Source: Syntrophaceae bacterium UBA5764 (GTDB lineage Bacteria; Desulfobacterota; Syntrophia; Syntrophales; Smithellaceae). Taken from it: a stretch of DNA of 64,000 nucleotides. The stretch is taken from contig DIEW01000015.1 in assembly GCA_002418825.1 (NCBI GenBank), forward strand, positions 157 through 64,156. The letters run 5' to 3'. Under the pieces are notes generated by a model. That model ran no database searches, was not told the DNA's origin, and saw only the letters and a list, made by a program, of their open reading frames with translations. The first letter of the stretch is position 1. The number at the start of each line of letters is the position of its first letter. A program made the position numbers and the translations under genes. This document shows positions 56,799 to 64,000 of this stretch, piece after piece.

Positions 56799-57995
56799 AT
56801 GCGTTTAAACAAAATCACGTTGGTAATGTTCGTCGCTTTTTGTGCCGTGTTTCTGTTCTCTTACCAGGGGCAGGCGCAGAAGAAAGGTTTTGACGACAAT
56901 GAAATAAGAATAGGCCAGTGGGGGCCGCAGACCGGTCCCGCCGCTCCATGGGGAGCGGTCGCGCGCGGCAGTAAGCTACTTTTCGATATCGTTAACGAAG
57001 AAGGCGGAATTCACGGAAGGAAGATCCGCTACTTCATTCGAGACGACCAGTATAATCCTTCCCAGACTATGGCCGGCGTTAGGGACCTTGTTGACCGTCA
57101 GGGTGTTATTGCCTTTGTTGGTGGTGTCGGTACCGCTCCCGGCGTTGCTGTACAGAGATATTTGCGGCAAAACAAGATTATCTGGATCGGTGTATGCTCT
57201 GGCGCCAAGGCTTTTATTGAACCGCACAATCCCTATCTTTGGAACATGTGGCCCACTTACGATGATGATGCCAGCGTTATGGCGAAATTCTTAGTGGAAA
57301 AAAAGAAATTCAAGAAAATTGGTATGCTTTATCAAAATGATGATTACGGGCTTGATTCCATGGCCGGCGCAAAAAGACGCCTGAAGACGTACAATATGGA
57401 TCTGGTTGCCGCGGTTCCCTGTGAGCCGATTGAAAGAGACCTGACTTCGCAGATAGCGCGGCTTAAAGCTGCCGGAGCGGAGGCGGTTATTGGTTTTGTT
57501 GCCCCGACACAGGCGGCGATTGCACTGCGCAATGCTGTATCGGTAGGTTTTCATCCCCAGTGGATTCATTCCTATAATCTCTGCGACTTTTATCTTATGA
57601 ACCATATTACCGATGGTTTATGGGCGAAAGAAAAAGTTATGACCACCGCGTTTACCGCAGACATTACCGATATGAGCATACCTCTGGTTAAGAAATATCA
57701 TGATGCAACAAAAAGACTTGCTCCGCAGGAACGCTGGGCAATATTTTACGCCGCGGGGATTGTCGTCGCGGAACCTCTGGTTTACGCTCTTAAGAAAGTC
57801 GGCAGAAATTTAAGCACGGAAGCGCTCAAAAATGAGTTGGATAAAGTTACCAATTTTCAGGGAATCGGTCCCAAGCTGACTTGGACGGCAACCAATCACC
57901 GTCCCCCCAAAGCTTTGCGTATTTGGCAGTGCGGTCCCAAGGGAGAGGTAATTGTGCTTCAGGACTGGACGGAAAACGAGCTGTCCGCGTATTAA
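56799..57995 (+). CDS. ABC transporter substrate-binding protein (LivK/Peripla_BP_6 type)
   Basis: Signal peptide followed by a type I periplasmic binding fold pattern (IRIGQWGPQTGPAA..). Confidence 0.85.
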   Translation: MRLNKITLVMFVAFCAVFLFSYQGQAQKKGFDDNEIRIGQWGPQTGPAAPWGAVARGSKLLFDIVNEEGGIHGRKIRYFIRDDQYNPSQTMAGVRDLVDRQGVIAFVGGVGTAPGVAVQRYLRQNKIIWIGVCSGAKAFIEPHNPYLWNMWPTYDDDASVMAKFLVEKKKFKKIGMLYQNDDYGLDSMAGAKRRLKTYNMDLVAAVPCEPIERDLTSQIARLKAAGAEAVIGFVAPTQAAIALRNAVSVGFHPQWIHSYNLCDFYLMNHITDGLWAKEKVMTTAFTADITDMSIPLVKKYHDATKRLAPQERWAIFYAAGIVVAEPLVYALKKVGRNLSTEALKNELDKVTNFQGIGPKLTWTATNHRPPKALRIWQCGPKGEVIVLQDWTENELSAY

Positions 57996-58122
57996 AACAT
58001 TGCTATCAGGGTCGCGGTGCCTGCACAACCCGCGACCCTAAACATGTCCGGTAATATGTTAATGTTGTTAAAGGACGCGCGGTGGTGTGAAAAATCGCTC
58101 TAGAAAGAAGGAATAATATTTA

Positions 58123-58902
58123 ATGGGCTATTTCAGTGTTGAAAATTTAAGCATCAGCTTCGGCGGTATAAAGGCGGTGGACAATATCAGTTTTAGCGTG
58201 GAAAAAAACGAAATTTTTTCCATCATCGGACCCAACGGGTCGGGCAAAACAACCATCTTTAACTTAATCAGCGGCATCTATAAGCCGGATGACGGCGCGG
58301 TGATTATGGAGGGTGAAAATCTTGTGGGTAAAACCCCGGACAGAATCGCCAAAAAGGGAATCGCGCGCACCTTTCAGAATATAGAGTTGTTTGCCAACGC
58401 CACGGTTATGGATAATCTTATGCTGGGCAGGCATATTCACATGAACACTGGGATTTTTACCGGCGCTTTTATGTTCGGTAAAAGGTCGCCCGCCGCGCGG
58501 GAGGAAGTTGAACACAGGGAAAAAGTGGAAAAGATAATAGACTTTCTGGAGCTTCAGTCCGTGCGCGACCAGTTTGTCGGTAGCCTTGCTTACGGTAAGC
58601 GCAAACTGGTGGAAGTTGGACGCGCCCTGGCGCTGGAGCCGAAGGTCATGCTTCTGGACGAGCCTTCCGCCGGCATGAACACGGAAGAAAAAGATGATCT
58701 GACCATTTGGATAAAAGATATACGTGAAGATTATCAGATGACCATCTTGCTTATCGAGCATGACATGAATATGATTATGGGCATATCCGACCGTGTTTTC
58801 GCCATGCAGCAGGGCAAGAAAATAACGCTGGGGCCGCCGCAGGAAGTGCAGAAGCATCCGGAGGTTATCAAGGCGTATCTCGGAGAGGAGGGTATCAGCT
58901 GA
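58123..58902 (+). CDS. livG: ABC transporter ATP-binding protein (LivG family)
   Basis: GPNGSGKTT, LAYGKRKLVEVGRAL, and MLLDEPSAGM. Confidence 0.9.
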   Translation: MGYFSVENLSISFGGIKAVDNISFSVEKNEIFSIIGPNGSGKTTIFNLISGIYKPDDGAVIMEGENLVGKTPDRIAKKGIARTFQNIELFANATVMDNLMLGRHIHMNTGIFTGAFMFGKRSPAAREEVEHREKVEKIIDFLELQSVRDQFVGSLAYGKRKLVEVGRALALEPKVMLLDEPSAGMNTEEKDDLTIWIKDIREDYQMTILLIEHDMNMIMGISDRVFAMQQGKKITLGPPQEVQKHPEVIKAYLGEEGIS

Positions 58903-59684
58903 TGCTCAAAGTCAAAAATATAGAAACCTGGTACGATTTAATCAGAGCACTGCACGGGATTTCCTTCGAGATAAAGCAAGGCGATATTGTCGCGTTACTG
59001 GGTTCCAACGGCGCGGGTAAAACGACAACCCTGAAAACAATTATGCGGCTTTTTTACGATGCCAAGGAAGAACAGCCGGAAAAGGGCAGCATAGAATTTA
59101 TGGGCGAGCGCATTGACAGGAAGGACACCGACGATATTGTAAAGATGGGTATAGGATATGTGCCCGAAGGACGCGAGGTTTTTCCCGAGCTTACTGTTTT
59201 GGAAAACATTACGATCGGCGCTTACACGAGAAAAGACACAAAAAACATTCAAAGCGATTTGGAAAACGTTTTTCATCATTTTCCCATACTGAAAGAGAGA
59301 GTAAAGCAGCAGGCGGGTTTGATGAGCGGCGGCGAACAACAGATGCTGGCCATCGGCAGGGCGCTGATGAGCCGCCCCAAGTTGCTGATGCTCGATGAGC
59401 CTTCGTTGGGTCTTTCGCCCCTGCTGACGCAGGAGATATTCAACATAATTCGTAATATCAACCAGAAGGACGGGGTCACCATTTTTCTGGTGGAGCAAAA
59501 CGTCAACATGGCGCTTAAGTATTCCAATTTTGCCTATCTGCTGGAAAACGGCAGGATAGTACGCGCGGACAAACCGGAAGTGCTCCGTGAGGATGAAGAT
59601 ATAAAGGAATTTTATCTCGGTATTGCTACTGAGCAATCCGTAAAAGGATATAAACGCTACAGAAGAAAAGTACGGTTTCGCTAG
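58902..59684 (+). CDS. livF: ABC transporter ATP-binding protein (LivF family)
   Basis: GSNGAGKTT, MSGGEQQMLAIGRAL, and LMLDEPSLGL. Confidence 0.9.
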   Translation: MLKVKNIETWYDLIRALHGISFEIKQGDIVALLGSNGAGKTTTLKTIMRLFYDAKEEQPEKGSIEFMGERIDRKDTDDIVKMGIGYVPEGREVFPELTVLENITIGAYTRKDTKNIQSDLENVFHHFPILKERVKQQAGLMSGGEQQMLAIGRALMSRPKLLMLDEPSLGLSPLLTQEIFNIIRNINQKDGVTIFLVEQNVNMALKYSNFAYLLENGRIVRADKPEVLREDEDIKEFYLGIATEQSVKGYKRYRRKVRFR

Positions 59685-59757
59685 AAAGCCTCTTTTGGTG
59701 CCGTTTTTCGAACAAATTGTTTGCAAGTGCATTATGATTTTGAAGGGAGATTAGATA

Positions 59758-61560
59758 ATGGCAATAGACACATTGCCCAAAGCGTTATTGAATATAGCAC
59801 AGCGACAACCCAACCGCATTGCCATGCGTAGGAAAGATTACGGCATCTGGCAAGACATAACCTGGGCTGAATATCTGGAAAACGTAAAATATGTAACTTT
59901 GGGGCTCAACGCTCTTGGCGTTAAATACCGTGATCATGTCGCGATAATCGGGGAGAACAGGCCGGAATGGCTCTATTCCGCTCTAGGCGCGGTTTGCGCC
60001 GGCGGTGCCTGGGTGGGCATTTATACGACCAACCCGGTGCCGGAATGTAAATATGTCGTCGAGCACTCTGACTCAGTAGTATATATATGCGAGGATGAGG
60101 AGCAATTAGATAAGGCCTTGGCTTTTCGTGATCAGACTCCTTTATTAAAAAAACTTATCTGTTGGGAGATGGAGGGGCTGAAACATTTTAAAGATCCCAT
60201 GTTCATGAGTTTTGAAGAGCTTTTGGAAATGGGGAAGAAAATCGACCAGGAAAAACCGGATCTTTTTATGCAGTTGGCCATGCAGGCAAAACCGGACGAC
60301 ATTGCCGGCATCATCTATACTTCCGGTACGACCGGTATGCCCAAAGGTGCATTGCTGGCGCATGAAGGTTATTTGTGGGTGGCCGAATCCGCCAAACAAG
60401 TGATCGAGACATTTGCGGATGACGAGACCATTTCTTTTCTGCCGCTTAACCATGTCTATGAGCAGATATACGATATAATGTTTCATCTGACTACGGGGCA
60501 TACGGTGAACTTTACGGAAAACACGGACACCGTTATGGCTGATATGAGGGATGTGTCGCCCACGCTGTTTCATGCCGTGCCGCGGATTTGGGAAAAATAC
60601 TATTCCGCTATTGTTTTGAAAATGGCTGACGCCACTTGGCTCAAACGTACACTTTACGATATTGCTGTAAAAATCGGGACGAAATATAACAACAAAGTCA
60701 TTAAAGGAGATAAAGCTCCTTTGTATCTGGCGCTGGCTTATCATCTTTTTTACTTCATTGTTTTCCGTAAATTGAAAAAACGCCTTGGCTTCGACCGGGT
60801 ACGTGTGGGCGCGTCCGGCGCGGCGCCTATTTCTCACGAGGTTATCAAGTTTTTCCAGAGCATCGGCATTCCCATCCGCGAAGGCTACGGCATGACCGAG
60901 ACAACCGGCATTACGCATATGTCGAGCATACAGGAATACAAGATCGGAACCGTCGGCAAGGCTTTGCCCGGCACGCAGGTAAAGATTGCCGAAGACGGCG
61001 AAATCATCGTCAATCATCCAGGTGTTTTTAAGGGCTATTATAAAGATGAAGCAACCACGAAGGAAGTTTTGGCGGATGGTTGGATACATACCGGCGATGT
61101 GGGTGAGATAGACGAAGAAGGATATCTCAAGATAACCGATCGTAAAAAGGATTTGATTATAACTGCGGGCGGGAAAAACATCGCGCCCCAGTATCTGGAA
61201 AACCTTCTGAAGTTTTCACCGTATATCAATGATGCCGTGGTTATTGGCGACGGCAGAAAATATCTGACGGCAATCATTGTTATTGATGATGAGAATGTCA
61301 CCAAATACGCGCAGGATAACAAAGTGCAGTTTACCACTTTTGCCAGCATGACCAAAACGCCTGAAGTAATAGAGCTTATCCAGAGGGAAGTGGATAAAGT
61401 CAATCAGCAGGTTGCCCGCGTGGAAAACATACGGAAATTCAGGATTCTTGATAAGAAGCTCTACACCGAAGACGGCGAAGTAACTCCAACCATGAAGGTT
61501 AAAAGAAAAGCTATTAATGCGCAATACGGTGACTTAATCGAGGAAATGTACCGTGACTAG
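59758..61560 (+). CDS. long-chain acyl-CoA synthetase (AMP-forming, FadD-like)
   Basis: IIYTSGTTGMPKGA, GYGMTET, GWIHTGD, and DRKKDLIITAGGKNI. Confidence 0.9.
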   Translation: MAIDTLPKALLNIAQRQPNRIAMRRKDYGIWQDITWAEYLENVKYVTLGLNALGVKYRDHVAIIGENRPEWLYSALGAVCAGGAWVGIYTTNPVPECKYVVEHSDSVVYICEDEEQLDKALAFRDQTPLLKKLICWEMEGLKHFKDPMFMSFEELLEMGKKIDQEKPDLFMQLAMQAKPDDIAGIIYTSGTTGMPKGALLAHEGYLWVAESAKQVIETFADDETISFLPLNHVYEQIYDIMFHLTTGHTVNFTENTDTVMADMRDVSPTLFHAVPRIWEKYYSAIVLKMADATWLKRTLYDIAVKIGTKYNNKVIKGDKAPLYLALAYHLFYFIVFRKLKKRLGFDRVRVGASGAAPISHEVIKFFQSIGIPIREGYGMTETTGITHMSSIQEYKIGTVGKALPGTQVKIAEDGEIIVNHPGVFKGYYKDEATTKEVLADGWIHTGDVGEIDEEGYLKITDRKKDLIITAGGKNIAPQYLENLLKFSPYINDAVVIGDGRKYLTAIIVIDDENVTKYAQDNKVQFTTFASMTKTPEVIELIQREVDKVNQQVARVENIRKFRILDKKLYTEDGEVTPTMKVKRKAINAQYGDLIEEMYRD

Positions 61561-61590
61561 GCGCAAACGTGCATAAATTTAAACAATAAA

Positions 61591-61642
61591 AAAACGCTAT
61601 GTTGCGGCAAATGATAAAAGCAGTTCATAGCGTTTTATTTTT
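61591..61642. terminator. candidate bidirectional terminator between convergent genes
   Basis: AAAACGCTATG (61591-61601) / CATAGCGTTTT (61626-61636), flanked by an A-run upstream and a T-run downstream. Large loop. Confidence 0.45.
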
Positions 61643-61662
61643 AGTGAATAACTGACGTTTTA

Positions 61663-62238
61663 TTAGGGTCTTTTGTCCTGAATTTTCCCCAATCTTTTTC
61701 CCAGCCAATCTTTCAAGCTGTCACCGATGGAGGCCTCTTTGACAATCAGCTTTGTCTCTGCCGTTTTATCCGAAAGCATAGATGTTACTTTGGCCGTGTA
61801 GGTACCGGCTGGAATCGGTGGTTGGGTGAGGACGACGTACTGGTCATATGAACCGTCTTTTTTATACTTGCCGCTGACCGTGCCTCTTAAAATTCCGGTC
61901 ACTTTCGCCAGTGTGTCCACAGCAGCGGTAAATTTTCCGCTTGACCCGACTTTGCCGTTGGCGACAACCGCTTCTGTTTTGTTTGGACCAAGCAGTGTAA
62001 CAAAAACAGAGTCATCCGGTTCGAATCCCGATCCTTCAAAAACGATTTTCTGTCCCAAAAGATTTGCCGCACCGAGGCTGATTGATTCCGGATTCACAAT
62101 TACCTGGGGGCCGCTGAGCGCAGGATCAAGAGTTTTAGGGGCGGACGCACAACCGGTCAAAACAAAAATACCTGCTGCAATAAAAAGCCCCACCATAATC
62201 AATGATTTTAAGAACCCTCTTTTTTTCTTACAAAACAT
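61663..62238 (-). CDS. hypothetical lipoprotein
   Basis: Lipobox VLTGC. AAGGAGG RBS. No recognisable catalytic motif. Confidence 0.65.
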   Translation of the reverse strand: MFCKKKRGFLKSLIMVGLFIAAGIFVLTGCASAPKTLDPALSGPQVIVNPESISLGAANLLGQKIVFEGSGFEPDDSVFVTLLGPNKTEAVVANGKVGSSGKFTAAVDTLAKVTGILRGTVSGKYKKDGSYDQYVVLTQPPIPAGTYTAKVTSMLSDKTAETKLIVKEASIGDSLKDWLGKRLGKIQDKRP

Positions 62239-62619
62239 TTAACAATCCTCCTTGTTGCTTATTTTTTTAAGATTGGTCGTTTGCGAAAAGTCATCGACTA
62301 TACCTCATTGTCGGCGGATTTCTTACTTCTTTCCGTTGCTGATACGCCTAACCGGTTGCCTATAAGGATCTTTTAATTAAGAAAGGGTCTTTGGTTTCTC
62401 CGACCCTCCTACTTTTAACCGTATTATAAACCCTTGGCCGCTATTATACAACTTTAAAATGAAAAAATATTATGGAAGCTCTGCGGCAATTCCTGATTGT
62501 CCATGTTATTTGAATTACTGTGGAAAAATAGTCTAAGAGGATTGATCTTTAATGATTAGTTTTTAAAAGGCCGGTTTCCGGTGTGTCGGAAGGATGATTT
62601 TGCCAACAAATATTAAAAA

Positions 62620-63375
62620 TTAGTCGGATGCTTTTGCCTCATCCGGAAATATTTCACGCATCATCTGCAGTGTTTTTTTCTTCTCTTTTTTATATAAGAA
62701 ATAACAAATAAAGGACGTTAGTAGAGCGCCCATGCTGTTGACGATAAGGTCGGACATGGTATCGCGCAAGCCGCTTCCCTGATATGATGCGCCCATAAGT
62801 ATTTCGGTTTCCGGCAAGTCCCATGACTGCAGTGTTGTTTCAAAGAATACGTCCAGTACAAATTCAAATATTTCCCAGAAAACGCCTATAGTTATCGCGA
62901 ACGTAAAGGAGAAGACGGCAACCAGTAACGGACTTATGTTCATGCTGTATTTGCCGTTTATTTTGTAAATGGCAATGAATCCGATAAATCCAATAATAAA
63001 GCCGGACAGGGCATGCAAGACATCATCCCACCAAAAAACGGAGTAATATAATTCAAAACGGGCGCTAAAAAATATTCCGGCAAAAATAAAGACGACGATT
63101 ACTGTTTCCAGGACATTGGGGATGTGTATGTTTTGGTACTTTTCAATATAATCGGGCAAAAAAGTAAGGATCAGGGTTACCAGCGCCAGAAACACCAGTT
63201 CGATTCTTTTACTTACTTCAGTTACGATTTCTTCTTTGGTTACCAGGTTATCATTAAATAGGTGCAAGACAATGAAAACAAAATTTACAAGGACGGAAAT
63301 AATTAACAAAAGCCTGATTGCTTGTATAATGTAGTTGCGCTTTTCCGCTTTGTTTGTTCTGCGTTTGTTTCTCAT
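62620..63375 (-). CDS. hypothetical polytopic membrane protein (possibly YjdF-like)
   Basis: 251 aa with 6-7 hydrophobic helices. Family assignment is tentative. Confidence 0.55.
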   Translation of the reverse strand: MRNKRRTNKAEKRNYIIQAIRLLLIISVLVNFVFIVLHLFNDNLVTKEEIVTEVSKRIELVFLALVTLILTFLPDYIEKYQNIHIPNVLETVIVVFIFAGIFFSARFELYYSVFWWDDVLHALSGFIIGFIGFIAIYKINGKYSMNISPLLVAVFSFTFAITIGVFWEIFEFVLDVFFETTLQSWDLPETEILMGASYQGSGLRDTMSDLIVNSMGALLTSFICYFLYKKEKKKTLQMMREIFPDEAKASD

Positions 63376-63627
63376 AAATATTTTTGCATGACATAATGTT
63401 GTTGAAGTATAAAAAGGGCGGTTTAGGATGTCAATTAAATATTTTCCGCCAACAGGCGCGGTATTTTGTTATTTTCCCATTGCTAAGGTTTAAAAAACGT
63501 GTGATAATATCACACAAATATACAAACAGTTGTTGCAATGTATCACGGCAGAAAAGTGGTGCATGTGTGGCGTGCCGGAAAATATCATTGGTATTTATTT
63601 TCTGCTTAGACAAAAAAATATTTGCCT

Positions 63628-64000
63628 ATGGCCCAAAAAATCACCTGTGAAAACTCTGAGGAAAAAATCAAATTACTTGAAGAAGCGTTAAAGCGCGGCA
63701 AACAGGCCGAAGAGTCCTTGCGCGTTAGCGAACACCAATTCCGGCAGATTTACGAACACACTCAGGTCGGTATCGCTTATGTTTCGCTCGACTTTGTGAT
63801 TGAGCGCGCCAATCCTGCCTATTGCCGGATGCTTGGTTATACCGAAGAAGAGTTACGAGGAAAGCATCTGAAGGATATTACCCATCCCGAAGTTATCGAA
63901 GAAAATCTGCGCAAACAGGCCCAGCTTGGACGCGGTGAAATTGACCATTATGTGATGGAAAAGAAATTTATTCATAAGCAGGGACACACGCTCTACGGCA
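63628..64000 (+). CDS. PAS-domain sensor protein, N-terminal part (runs off the window)
   Basis: Hand translation from ATG 63628: MAQKITCENSEEKIKLLEEALKRGKQAEESLRVSEHQFRQIYEHTQVGIAYVSLDF..CRMLGYTEEELRGKHLKDITHPE. This is a coiled-coil followed by a PAS pattern, with no stop before 64000. Confidence 0.7.
   Translation, partial: MAQKITCENSEEKIKLLEEALKRGKQAEESLRVSEHQFRQIYEHTQVGIAYVSLDFVIERANPAYCRMLGYTEEELRGKHLKDITHPEVIEENLRKQAQLGRGEIDHYVMEKKFIHKQGHTLYG

Noticed and set aside
62239-62619. Long (~200-380 nt) region upstream of the lipoprotein gene with TATAAT-like boxes (62423-62428, 62443-62448 on the - strand) and a GGAGGGUC..GACCCUUU hairpin. I examined it as a possible riboswitch or attenuator.
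   Set aside because: I could not match it to any riboswitch consensus I know (c-di-GMP, guanidine, SAM, TPP, cobalamin, purine). The hairpin is short and includes G-U pairs. It would need cmsearch against Rfam to say more.
1-64000. Whole-window scan for CRISPR repeats, tRNA/rRNA/tmRNA, IS elements with terminal inverted repeats, integrases, toxin-antitoxin pairs, retron/DGR reverse transcriptases and known multi-gene defence systems.
   Set aside because: I recognised none by eye. The only defence-type module found is the type II R-M at 10.5-12.4 kb. A computational scan (tRNAscan-SE, Infernal/Rfam, ISEScan, DefenseFinder/PADLOC) is needed to make this negative result firm.

Overview
64-kb chromosomal window, densely coding on both strands (about 60 protein genes). 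I recognised no rRNA, tRNA, CRISPR array, transposase or integrase by eye. Gene content (hgcAB, ADP-forming acyl-CoA synthetase, split B12-dependent mutase plus epimerase, AbfD-like enzyme, several acyl-CoA ligases with a Liv-type ABC importer, DsrE-like protein) suggests a strictly anaerobic, syntroph or sulfate-reducer-like (Desulfobacterota-type) bacterium; this taxonomic guess is inference only. Layout: 0.4-10 kb holds an amidase, an SDR-menA-ubiE-ABM quinone module and an acs(ADP-forming)-mcm-mce module. 10-17.8 kb is an accessory patch with an AT-rich NotI-like/Dam-like type II R-M, an orphan duplicate of the 3' end of an HDAC-like gene, and Ntn-hydrolase plus GAF-GGDEF-EAL cargo. 17.5-20.4 kb is an HDAC-Nudix-NRDE-sirtuin cluster. 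20.6-29.3 kb is an eight-gene aromatic amino-acid supraoperon, preceded by an unannotated 23-codon F/Y/W-rich leader peptide and a multi-hairpin attenuator. 29.5-38.2 kb holds mixed genes, including a frameshifted thioesterase. 38.2-41.0 kb is a marR-hgcA-hgcB-membrane methyltransferase operon (mercury methylation) with a consensus promoter, a palindromic operator and an apparently leaderless regulator. 41.1-45.3 kb encodes a 1412-aa dikinase-like protein of unknown substrate. 48-61.6 kb holds sppA, an ABC-2 exporter, acyl-CoA ligases, an AbfD-like protein and a Liv-type transporter. A partial PAS sensor lies at the right edge. All calls rest on motif recognition and hand inspection of the sequence and ORF track; no database search or folding program was run.
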